NCBI GenBank assembly: GCA_043811535.1
Contig: JBDRNC010000019.1
Span: 1 to 28,478 of the forward strand
Length of the DNA: 28,478 bases
Source of the DNA: Elusimicrobiota bacterium
GTDB lineage: Bacteria; Elusimicrobiota; Endomicrobiia; Endomicrobiales; JBDRNC01
Direction: 5' to 3'
Shown here: positions 1 to 7,542 of the stretch, in pieces
Position numbering within the stretch: position 1 is the first letter of the stretch
Layout: each line of letters begins with the position of its first letter
Translations under genes and position numbers: made by a program
Notes under the pieces: model-generated
The model's input: the letters and a program-made list of their open reading frames with translations, nothing else
Told to the model about the DNA's origin: nothing
Database searches by the model: none

Positions 1-166
1 AATACGCCGTGGCATGTATATTCCGGGAAGTGCGATGCGTTAGCCGCAGCAAACGTTGCATAGAAACGGCGGTTCTTTCAAAAAGAGGTTTACACCTTAA
101 GAAAAGTCAAAGACTGGCCTTGACAAACCCGACCACTTTAGGATATGGATTGGTAATTTTACCTGC

Positions 167-205
167 AAATAAAAATGGGTAACCCCCGCTACGCAGTGGT
201 TACCC
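167..205 (-). terminator. Intrinsic terminator-like hairpin just downstream of a promoter
   Basis: GGGTAACC (177-184) and GGTTACCC (198-205) form an 8-bp stem, followed on the minus strand by ATTTTTATTT. Confidence 0.55.
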
Positions 206-220
206 TTAACTTGCATACTA

Positions 221-249
221 TTTATAGCAGATATAGAATGGCTTGTCAA
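221..249 (-). promoter_or_regulatory. sigma70-type promoter pointing towards the left window edge
   Basis: Minus strand TTGACA (249-244), 17 nt, TATAAA (226-221), with extended -10 TG. Confidence 0.65.
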
Positions 250-282
250 TAGGCATAATTTGTCTTGATTTGATAATGCTTT

Positions 283-314
283 TACTAGATACCAGATACT
301 AAATACTAGATACT
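283..314. repeat. Heptamer tandem array (TACTAGA x4.5)
   Basis: tactaga taccaga tactaaa tactaga tact. Confidence 0.85.
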
Positions 315-338
315 GTAGTTATTTTATTGCTGATAAGA

Positions 339-392
339 TTGCCCCCCTTCGTCATCCTTCGCTAAAGCTACGGATTGACTACGGAAGGGCAA
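339..392. repeat. Nested REP-like palindrome after hycI; possible 3' end structure of the hydrogenase operon
   Basis: TTGCCC..CCTTCG TCAT CCTTCG CTAAAG CTACGG ATTGA CTACGG AA GGGCAA, 3 nt past the hycI stop. Confidence 0.7.
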
Positions 393-395
393 CAA

Positions 396-1001
396 TTATT
401 TAATTGAAGATAGGATGGCCGCTGAGACTTCTTTGGCGGCTTTTTTTACGGCAGGGGAGATTATGCTGCCGTAATCGATGCTCTTGGGCTGGATGCCGAT
501 GATGGTTATACCGCAGTTTATGGACTGAACGAGGTATCCGGTCATTATGTTTATGGGGAGCATGTGTGTGCTGAAGGACGTGCCGCCGATGTTTTCGGGA
601 TCTATAATGCAGATCGAGCCGGGTTTCTTTGAGATATCAGCGCAGTCAACCATTACAACGTGGTCCGCTTTGAATTTTATTATCTCGCCGGTGAAATTCT
701 CGGGGGCCGTGGAACCGAAGATGGTTTTAATCCGCCTACGTCCCGAAAAGCGGGACTTCGGTGGATGTCGCATTATTGAAACCCGCTGCCGCGGGTTCGG
801 CTTCCGCCGTTGGAGCTCCAGCTTTTCGGAGTGTTTTATTTTTTTTAATCCGGCTTGAACCAATTCCGCAATGAGCATCCCCGCACCGTCGTCGGATTTC
901 AACTCCGAGCCGATACCGAGCAGGACGACTCTTTTGGCGGACTCAAGCCGGTTTTTCAGGTTCTTTTGAAGGGGCAGGCTGCAAAGGTGTTTTGTTTTCA
1001 T
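396..1001 (-). CDS. hycI: Hydrogenase maturation endopeptidase (HycI-like, peptidase A31) with an approx. 33-aa insertion
   Basis: GIGSELKSDDGAG, APENF, VMVD, FSTHMLP and GIQP motifs; last gene of the hydrogenase operon; start overlaps the upstream gene by 59 nt and is uncertain. Confidence 0.9.
   Translation of the reverse strand: MKTKHLCSLPLQKNLKNRLESAKRVVLLGIGSELKSDDGAGMLIAELVQAGLKKIKHSEKLELQRRKPNPRQRVSIMRHPPKSRFSGRRRIKTIFGSTAPENFTGEIIKFKADHVVMVDCADISKKPGSICIIDPENIGGTSFSTHMLPINIMTGYLVQSINCGITIIGIQPKSIDYGSIISPAVKKAAKEVSAAILSSIK
730..830. repeat. In-frame palindromic element inside hycI
   Basis: Three hairpins: ATCCGCC..GTCCCG/CGGGAC..GGTGGAT, AACCCGC/GCGGGTT, TGGAGCTCCA; encodes an Arg-rich segment between conserved protease motifs. 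Confidence 0.7.
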
Positions 1002-1344
1002 ACCGTACCGTAAATTTTCTCTTGTCTATCTGGGCAAGCTCGAATTCGGGGGTGGATTCAAGGGCTTTTTTCATGCAGGAGTCCACGCACTGCGCGCAAT
1101 AGACGCATCTGTCAAGGTGCATTTCGCAGTCAAACATCTTGTCGCCCACTTTATTTATGAAAATAGCGTTGGCAGGGCAGTCCTTCATACAAAGCATGCA
1201 GCCGATGCACTTGTCTGCGATAAAAACTATTTTGCCGCGCAGTTTCTCGGGTTTTACGGTTTTTTCCGCGGGATAGAGCACCGTAGCGGGTTTCCTGAAG
1301 ATGGATCCTAATACTTCGAATAGCATCCGGCCCGGTTTCCTCAT
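943..1344 (-). CDS. 2[4Fe-4S] subunit of membrane-bound hydrogenase (NuoI/EchF/HycF-like)
   Basis: CIGCMLCMKDCP and CVYCAQCVDSC; N-terminal T-x-x-YP..RG. Confidence 0.93.
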   Translation of the reverse strand: MRKPGRMLFEVLGSIFRKPATVLYPAEKTVKPEKLRGKIVFIADKCIGCMLCMKDCPANAIFINKVGDKMFDCEMHLDRCVYCAQCVDSCMKKALESTPEFELAQIDKRKFTVRYENKTPLQPAPSKEPEKPA

Positions 1345-2291
1345 ATCAGGAATACCTCTTTGATTATCAGGTTAAGTATTATCTGGACGAAAGCTATCGG
1401 AACCAGGTATTTCCAGCAGAAATCTATCATCTGGTTTATCTTTACGCGGGCCAGGATAGTCCTTATGACGCACAGGATGGTTATGATGAAGAATATCTTG
1501 AGTATCGCGATAGCAAACGTCGCTAACGCGCCGTAGCCGTTCCAGAACGGCAGGAACAGGGCGCTGATAAGGGCCGCTCCTACCACCATCTCGATGTCCA
1601 CCGCGAGGCGGAAAAACGCGAGAAGACGTCCGCTGTACTCCGTAAACATCCCCGCGACGATCTCGGTTTCGGCTTCGGGTATGTCAAACGGGATGCGTTC
1701 AAGCTTTCCCTGGAGCGCTATCAGCGAAACCGCGAAAGCTATGATATTAAGGGGCCAGTAAGACGGGTGCTGGGCGTAGAACGCCGAGATTCCGCTGATT
1801 GACCAGGTATTTGCCAGAAGCGCCGGAGCAAGCACAGCGAGGAAAAGAGGTATTTCGTACGCGAACAGCTGGAAAAGCGTCCTTGCCGAGCCAATCATCG
1901 CGTAAAGCGATGTTGAGTACCAGCCTCCGAGGAAATACGTGAAAGTAGGTATGGTCAGCAGGTAAACGATTATTATGAGGTCGCCTTCAAACACGAAAGG
2001 CGCCTGTTTGGAAAACGGCGGGATGTAAAGGAATGCTGTTATCGTAGATACCAGCGCGAACACGGGCATCAGCTTGAACATCCGCCTGTCCGCGTTACGA
2101 GGGACAATGTCTTCCTTGCCGAGCAGTTTAATGAAATCTGCCACGGGCTGGAACCACGGCGGGCCGACCCTGTTCTGGAGGCGCGCGTGCAGTTTCCTGT
2201 CAAAATATTCCGCGATGGTGGAGATGAAAAACAGGAAGAGCGTTCCCGGGAATATCAGGACAAAAAATAACATGCTTAAAACTTCTGACAT
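1341..2291 (-). CDS. Membrane subunit (NuoH/HycD/EchB-like)
   Basis: RKLHARLQNRVGP, QPVADFIKLLGKE, RIPFDIPEAETEIVAG..TEYSG. Confidence 0.95.
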   Translation of the reverse strand: MSEVLSMLFFVLIFPGTLFLFFISTIAEYFDRKLHARLQNRVGPPWFQPVADFIKLLGKEDIVPRNADRRMFKLMPVFALVSTITAFLYIPPFSKQAPFVFEGDLIIIVYLLTIPTFTYFLGGWYSTSLYAMIGSARTLFQLFAYEIPLFLAVLAPALLANTWSISGISAFYAQHPSYWPLNIIAFAVSLIALQGKLERIPFDIPEAETEIVAGMFTEYSGRLLAFFRLAVDIEMVVGAALISALFLPFWNGYGALATFAIAILKIFFIITILCVIRTILARVKINQMIDFCWKYLVPIAFVQIILNLIIKEVFLI

Positions 2292-2312
2292 TATTTAATC
2301 CTTTGCTTACGC

Positions 2313-2432
2313 TTTATCATCCCCCTTTATTTCACTCCCGAAGTGGCGGAGACTCTTCGGGAGTGGAGGTGGTGGGGAGTGAGGGGGATTTTTAAAATCT
2401 CCCCTTTCCCCTCTTTATGAAAGAGGGGAAAT
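2313..2432. repeat. Multi-hairpin dispersed repeat, copy 1
   Basis: 2320-2378 is identical to 7423-7481; stems CACTCCCGAAG/CTTCGGGAGTG and CCCCTCTTT/AAAGAGGGG. Confidence 0.9.
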
Positions 2433-3646
2433 TATCGGATTCCTTTTATCTTCTTAAAATCGATTCCCTGTTTCTTATAATGTTCTATGCTGTATTGGCG
2501 CAGGGACTTAAGGTCCATGACGCTTTTTCTGCCGGATTTTCTTTCGTTAATTTCCACTATCATCCTGTCGGTGCATGAAAAGCACGGGTCTATGGCCGCT
2601 ATCACTATGGGGAAGTCGGCGAGATGCCCGTTCTCAAGCATTTTTGAGACCGCCTGGACGTTCGCGAGCGTCGGCGCGCGGACTTTGACGCGTTCAGGCT
2701 TGTCCGTGCCGTTGGCTTTAACGTAATGCACGTCTTCGCCGCGCGGGGCCTCGTACCTGCTGACTGTTTCTCCGGCGGGAATCCTTCTGGGAGCCCTGAC
2801 GGCTATCGGCCCTTCGGGAAGGTTCTCAAGCACCTGCCTGATTATCTTGTAGGATTCCATTATCTCACCGAGCCGCACGAGCGTCCTGCCGTATACGTCG
2901 TTATGGTTATCGGTTATGACGTTGAATTTTAATTCCGCGTAAGAGAGATACGGGTCGTCGCGGCGCACGTCCATGTCCACGTTTGACGCGCGTCCGGTAG
3001 GGCCGACTGCGCCGAGTTTAACCGCATCCTCGTGAGAAAGCATTCCGATTCCGACAAGGCGCTTTGCCAGCGTTACTTCCTCTGTGCCTAGCTTGATGTA
3101 ATATTTTGTCCTCTCTTCGAGGGTGTCAACGTCTTTGAGAATCTGTTTAATATGCGCGGGCGTGATGTCGCGCTTGACGCCTCCGAGTATATTGATACCG
3201 TAGTTTACGCGGTTACCCGTGAGCATCTGGAGTATGTCCATTACTATCTCGCGGTCGCGCCACGTGTACATCAGGAGCGTGTCAAAACCGATTTCATGCC
3301 CGGCCACGCCCAGCCAGAGAAAATGGCTGTGCAGGCGCTCTAGTTCCGCGACGAGTGTGCGGATATACTGGGCCCTTTTAGGCACTTCTATCTTGCCGAT
3401 GTCCTCAACGGCCTGCACGAAACATGTTGAGTGCGAATGGCTGCATATCCCGCATACGCGTTCCAGCAGGTAGATGTCCTGCACGTATGTTCTTTCTTCG
3501 CAGGCTTTTTCGATGCCGCGGTGATTGTAACCGAGCCTGACGGACGACTCAAGGATGTTTTCGCCTTCAAGCGTTATGCTGAAACTTTCCGGCTCTTTTA
3601 ACGCCGGGTGCTGGGGGCCGATGGGAATAGTGACTTTATTAACCAT
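2432..3646 (-). CDS. Group 4 [NiFe]-hydrogenase large (catalytic) subunit
   Basis: L1 motif ERVCGICSHSH, L2 motif DPCFSCTDR followed by a 43-aa extension; GPQHP, HRGIEK, EAPRGE; SD AAAGGAG. Confidence 0.95.
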   Translation of the reverse strand: MVNKVTIPIGPQHPALKEPESFSITLEGENILESSVRLGYNHRGIEKACEERTYVQDIYLLERVCGICSHSHSTCFVQAVEDIGKIEVPKRAQYIRTLVAELERLHSHFLWLGVAGHEIGFDTLLMYTWRDREIVMDILQMLTGNRVNYGINILGGVKRDITPAHIKQILKDVDTLEERTKYYIKLGTEEVTLAKRLVGIGMLSHEDAVKLGAVGPTGRASNVDMDVRRDDPYLSYAELKFNVITDNHNDVYGRTLVRLGEIMESYKIIRQVLENLPEGPIAVRAPRRIPAGETVSRYEAPRGEDVHYVKANGTDKPERVKVRAPTLANVQAVSKMLENGHLADFPIVIAAIDPCFSCTDRMIVEINERKSGRKSVMDLKSLRQYSIEHYKKQGIDFKKIKGIR

Positions 3647-4154
3647 TTTTGTTCTCCTTTACATCCGCCTTGGAGGCGGATGTACCCCGTTCTTCACGGG
3701 GGGCGGAAGGAGCCTTCTGTTTCCAGTCTTTTCTCAGCGGATACTCGTTTTTCGGCCAGTCGTCCGGAAGAGGGTATCTCTGTCCTTCCGGCAGTCCATG
3801 CATCTGTATTCCGAGGAGATCCGTCATTTCCCTTTCGTACAATATCGCCGAAGGGAATGTCCCGGTTACTGTGTTTAATACAGGATTGTCGCGGGGTATC
3901 AATATCCTGACGGTCAGGACAATGCCTTTCTCGGTCGCGAGGTGATAAAGCACGCCGAAATTGGCGGTTTCATCGGTCCCGGTGATGGTGCAGAGTATGA
4001 CGAATTTCAAATCGTTGACAATGAATTTAAAAGCGCTCTCGAATTTCTCACGCGGAATCTCGGCAAAGATGCGCCGCTCCCGCTGGACGACAACTTTGTC
4101 CTCGGGAATACCGAGTTTTGCAATCAACTGCTGTTTAATATCCTGTTCGTTCAT
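3639..4154 (-). CDS. NuoC/EchD-like subunit
   Basis: LCTITGTD, YEREMTDLLG, LPDDWP..YPLRKD; C-terminal tail encoded by palindromes. Confidence 0.92.
   Translation of the reverse strand: MNEQDIKQQLIAKLGIPEDKVVVQRERRIFAEIPREKFESAFKFIVNDLKFVILCTITGTDETANFGVLYHLATEKGIVLTVRILIPRDNPVLNTVTGTFPSAILYEREMTDLLGIQMHGLPEGQRYPLPDDWPKNEYPLRKDWKQKAPSAPREERGTSASKADVKENKNG
3660..3720. repeat. Triple hairpin within the 3' end of the NuoC-like gene
   Basis: TACATCCGCCT/AGGCGGATGTA (11-bp perfect stem), CCCCGT/ACGGGG, GCGGAAGG/CCTTCTGT. Confidence 0.8.
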
Positions 4155-4167
4155 TTTAATAACGCCT

Positions 4168-4253
4168 GTTATGAGTACTGAGTTATGAGTTTTGAGAAAA
4201 ACGTGTTAAAGCGAAAACCTTGTCTTTACACACATAACACATAACTCATCACT
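4168..4253. repeat. Inverted heptamer tandem arrays (GTTATGA-type) around a spacer
   Basis: gttatga gtactga gttatga gttttga ... cacataa cacataa ctcatca. Confidence 0.85.
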
Positions 4254-4255
4254 GT

Positions 4256-4696
4256 TTACTTGTTCGCTTCTTCATATGATTTCAATAGTTTGATTACGCC
4301 GTCCATTATCGCTTCCGGGCTCGCGGGGCATCCCGGAATATAAGCTGAAACCGGAATGACTTTATCAATGCCTTCCATCACGTTATAACATCCCTGAAAG
4401 ACGCCTCCGGAGCACGCGCAGGCCCCGACAGCCACCACGAATTTCGGCTCGGGCATCTGCTCGTAAATCCTGACCAGCCTGTCCTTAATCAATTTGCTAA
4501 CGGATCCTGAACATACTATCACGTCCGCGTGGCGCGGGGTGCCTTTTAAAAGGATGCCGAACCTTTCAAGATCGTAGCGCGGCGTCAGGGCCGCGATTAT
4601 CTCTATATCGCAGGCGTTGCAGGCGCCTGTGTTGAAATGTATTATCCAGGGCGATTTAAGCCGCGACCAGGTTATCAGTTTCTTTACGAAGGACAT
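4256..4696 (-). CDS. Group 4 [NiFe]-hydrogenase small subunit (NuoB/EchC/HycG-like)
   Basis: GACNACDIE (CxxC, hydrogenase type), PRHAD, GACACSGG, PGCP. Confidence 0.95.
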   Translation of the reverse strand: MSFVKKLITWSRLKSPWIIHFNTGACNACDIEIIAALTPRYDLERFGILLKGTPRHADVIVCSGSVSKLIKDRLVRIYEQMPEPKFVVAVGACACSGGVFQGCYNVMEGIDKVIPVSAYIPGCPASPEAIMDGVIKLLKSYEEANK

Positions 4697-5038
4697 TTAT
4701 TGCGTCCTCCTGAAAAGTATCGAAAGCCCCGTGAGAGCGCCGGCAATGTAGAGAACGGCTATGACCAGCGTGTCCGCGGTTACCTTCGGGACAGTGGAGA
4801 TTATAAGCGCCACCACGTGGATTATGGTGAAAAAATACGCGAAAGGGAAAAACTTGCTGTAATCGGGCTGGATCCTGTGTTCTTTTACGTCCTCGCCGCA
4901 GGCGTAGCATTCGTCGCGCGATTTGCCCGGCTTGGGATTCTTGAACGACAGCGCGGACGCCAGCTTGGCGAATGCCAGGACGGCGGCAAGTATGATGACG
5001 AACGTTATTGGAGGCGCGTACAGCCATACAGATTGCAT
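4697..5038 (-). CDS. NuoA-like membrane subunit
   Basis: Three hydrophobic segments with a YACGE loop; operon position. Confidence 0.8.
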   Translation of the reverse strand: MQSVWLYAPPITFVIILAAVLAFAKLASALSFKNPKPGKSRDECYACGEDVKEHRIQPDYSKFFPFAYFFTIIHVVALIISTVPKVTADTLVIAVLYIAGALTGLSILFRRTQ

Positions 5039-5058
5039 AGTTTAAATTCCTTATTACT

Positions 5059-5147
5059 GTATTGGGTATCGTGTAAGGGGTTCTGAGAAAAGACTAAAAC
5101 AATGTTTTGTCTTTAAACTCAATACTCAGTACTCAATACCCGGTACT
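5059..5147. repeat. Inverted heptamer tandem arrays (CTCAATA-type) with inner hairpin
   Basis: gtattgg gtatcgt gtaaggg gttctga ... ctcaata ctcagta ctcaata cccggta; spacer AAAGACTAAAACA A TGTTTTGTCTTT. Confidence 0.8.
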
Positions 5148-5154
5148 GTTTTCT

Positions 5155-5469
5155 TCAGCCTCTTAACTTCCTGAGTTCTCTTGAATCTATGGAATCGTTG
5201 TGCCTGTAGAACGCTATGACGACGCCGGCCGCGACGACTATGACCACGACCTCGATGATTATAATGGTTATGGCGAATGACTGCGCGAGCCCAGTGCGCC
5301 CCGTAAGGTGCCCTGCAAGTATCAGAAGCAGCAGCGCGCCTTTTGAAAGCAGTTCAAGGCCGATCAGCATCCTTATGAGGTTCCTCGTGGCGACGATGTA
5401 ATAGAGTCCCGCCGTGAAAAGGATTGAAATGAATATCAGGTAAAGTTTAAAATTTGCCGCCGCATCCAT
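5155..5469 (-). CDS. NuoK/MrpC-like membrane subunit
   Basis: RNLIRMLIGLELL, AQSFAITIIIIE, C-terminal LRKLRG; three TM segments. Confidence 0.9.
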   Translation of the reverse strand: MDAAANFKLYLIFISILFTAGLYYIVATRNLIRMLIGLELLSKGALLLLILAGHLTGRTGLAQSFAITIIIIEVVVIVVAAGVVIAFYRHNDSIDSRELRKLRG

Positions 5470-5474
5470 AGTGT

Positions 5475-5978
5475 TTATTCCTTGGGACCGCTCTTGCGTA
5501 TTTCCTTGTAAAGCACCTGAACCGCGAATATACCTACGAGAATTATCGCTATCTGGCCGATCAGGTCGAGCTGCCTTACGTTCCAGAGCACCTTGCGTAT
5601 GTTATTTTCCGTTTCCGCGAAAGTTCCGATGAAGTCAGCCGGGACCGCCAGGTACGCAGCCGCCGCGCCGGCAACCAGCATTAGAGGCAGCAGCAGGGCG
5701 TATCTCTTTTTTCTTTTTCTGCTGTTTACGGCGGTCTCTTCGGCGGAAAGTGGCTTGATCATGGTTATCGCGCTTATGAAAATCGCGGTGATAAGCCCGG
5801 CGCAGACCGAGAGTTCGAACATGGCGGCCAGCGGAGAGTCCAGCCTGAACATCAATATGCTCAGCACGACGCTCGTGACGGCAAGCCCTATCGCGGACCT
5901 TATCAGCGAGCCGGCAAGCACCGTCCATACCGCGGCGGAGGACAATAATATGAGCAGAACCAGCGTAACGTTTGACAT
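5475..5978 (-). CDS. NuoJ-like membrane subunit
   Basis: AAMFELSVCAGLIT, LWNVRQLDLIGQ; about five TM segments. Confidence 0.85.
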   Translation of the reverse strand: MSNVTLVLLILLSSAAVWTVLAGSLIRSAIGLAVTSVVLSILMFRLDSPLAAMFELSVCAGLITAIFISAITMIKPLSAEETAVNSRKRKKRYALLLPLMLVAGAAAAYLAVPADFIGTFAETENNIRKVLWNVRQLDLIGQIAIILVGIFAVQVLYKEIRKSGPKE

Positions 5979-5988
5979 TTACTCCTGC

Positions 5989-7407
5989 CTATAACAGATT
6001 CATCAACGGAAGAATCAGTTTATTTATGACAAAAGGGAACAGTATGCCCGTTCCCACGGTTATTATTGAAAGAATAACGGCCGGAAAGAGCATCCCGGCG
6101 CAGGCTTCCTTGACATGCTTGAATTCTTCGGGCACGTCGCCGAAGAATATCTTGCGGTTCATCGAAAGCAGGTACGCCAGCGTTATGACGCTGGCCAGCA
6201 CGGCGATAAGCGCGTATATCTGATGCCCGGATAAAAACAGGGCCATTATAATTATCAATTTGCTCCAGAATCCCGCGAGCGGGGGTATCCCTGCCGTGGA
6301 AAGGAAAGCTATGGACGTAGTCACACAGGTGCGCGGCATGGGGCCCGCGAGGCCGCCGAGTCTGTTCATGTCGCGTGTTCCACTCATCTTCTCTATAGCG
6401 GCGGCGTTGACGAAGAGCTGGGCCTTAAAGATCGAATGGTTAAAAAGGTGGAAAACCGCACCGGCAAAGCCGAGTCCCGTGCCCGACCCGAGCCCGAGTA
6501 TTATATAGCCGACCTGGCTGATACTGGAATACGCGAGCATCCGCTTCATGTCTTTCTGGGGCAGAGCGGCAAGCGCTCCGAATACGGCTGAAACGGCTCC
6601 GGCCGCAAGCAGCAAATGCTCAAGCTGGGGGGTAAAACCGAATACCGACATGACAAGGCGCATGAGAGCGTAGATGCCGGATGTCTTGGTCACGATGCCT
6701 GCCAGAAGCACTGATGTTTCATCCGGCGCGGATGAATACGCGTCAGGCACCCACCAGTGGAACGGCACGAGGCCGCCCTTGATGAACAGGCCGCAGACGA
6801 AAAGCGCCATCGCGATTGTCGTAAACGTCCCTCCCGGTTTGAGCATGATTGCGGCATGTATGTCGGCGAACGCCGTGCTTCCCGCGGTAAGCATCAGGAA
6901 CGCTATGGAAAAAAGCATGAGCACCGTGGCAAGCGAAGATAGTATGAGATATTTCAACGCGCCTTCAAGCGCGAACCTGTCCTGGCGGAAAGCTATCATG
7001 ACGAAAGCGGAGACGGCGATTATTTCAAGGAAAACATACAAGGTGAAAAGGTCGGTGACCATTACCGCGCCGTTCATCCCCAATACTGCCAGCAGGAGAA
7101 GATTGGTGAACCAGAACCTTTTTTCGGGCTGGGGTACGGTCTGCTGAGCAAGCAGCAGCGAAGCAAAAGCGACTATCCCGATAGACAGAATGAGCACAAT
7201 ACTGAAACTGTCCACGCTCATGTTGAACAAGAACGGGAGCTGGACGGGTATGCACGCCTTAAAGCTCGCGGGGGCGGAAAGCGCCAGCCATATCTGGAAC
7301 AGGAACAGCGCCGAGGCGAACCAGAACGCGATTCTTTTCGGCTGCCAGAACGGCAGGTTCAGGATGATGATACCCGCAAGAGGGGCTAATATGAGTAGTG
7401 TAGACAT
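5989..7407 (-). CDS. Proton-conducting antiporter-like subunit 3 (MrpD/NuoN/HyfF-like)
   Basis: DLFTLYVFLE, KGGLVPFHWWVPDAY, KRMLAYSSISQVG, GIPPLAGFWSK. Confidence 0.93.
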   Translation of the reverse strand: MSTLLILAPLAGIIILNLPFWQPKRIAFWFASALFLFQIWLALSAPASFKACIPVQLPFLFNMSVDSFSIVLILSIGIVAFASLLLAQQTVPQPEKRFWFTNLLLLAVLGMNGAVMVTDLFTLYVFLEIIAVSAFVMIAFRQDRFALEGALKYLILSSLATVLMLFSIAFLMLTAGSTAFADIHAAIMLKPGGTFTTIAMALFVCGLFIKGGLVPFHWWVPDAYSSAPDETSVLLAGIVTKTSGIYALMRLVMSVFGFTPQLEHLLLAAGAVSAVFGALAALPQKDMKRMLAYSSISQVGYIILGLGSGTGLGFAGAVFHLFNHSIFKAQLFVNAAAIEKMSGTRDMNRLGGLAGPMPRTCVTTSIAFLSTAGIPPLAGFWSKLIIIMALFLSGHQIYALIAVLASVITLAYLLSMNRKIFFGDVPEEFKHVKEACAGMLFPAVILSIITVGTGILFPFVINKLILPLMNLL

Positions 7408-7415
7408 AATTGCCT

Positions 7416-7536
7416 TTTATCTTCCCCCTTTATTTCACTCCCGAAGTGGCGGAGACTCTTCGGGAGTGGAGGTGGTGGGGAATGAGGGGTCCGCCGCGGC
7501 GGATCCCCTGACCCCTCTTTTCCAAAGAGGGGAAAT
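7416..7536. repeat. Multi-hairpin dispersed repeat, copy 2
   Basis: 59 bp identical to copy 1; middle hairpin is GGGGTCCGCCGCGGCGGATCCCC. Confidence 0.9.
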
Positions 7537-7542
7537 CAAATG

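Noticed and set aside
30..67. GTTAGCC / CAAACGTTGCAT resembling an integron attC end, and a short minus-strand ORF start at 61
   Set aside because: Core sites do not fit GTTRRRY, no partner arm, cassette or integrase visible; truncated by the window edge
2313..7536. CRISPR array interpretation of this and other repeats
   Set aside because: No regularly spaced identical repeats with unique spacers, and no cas genes
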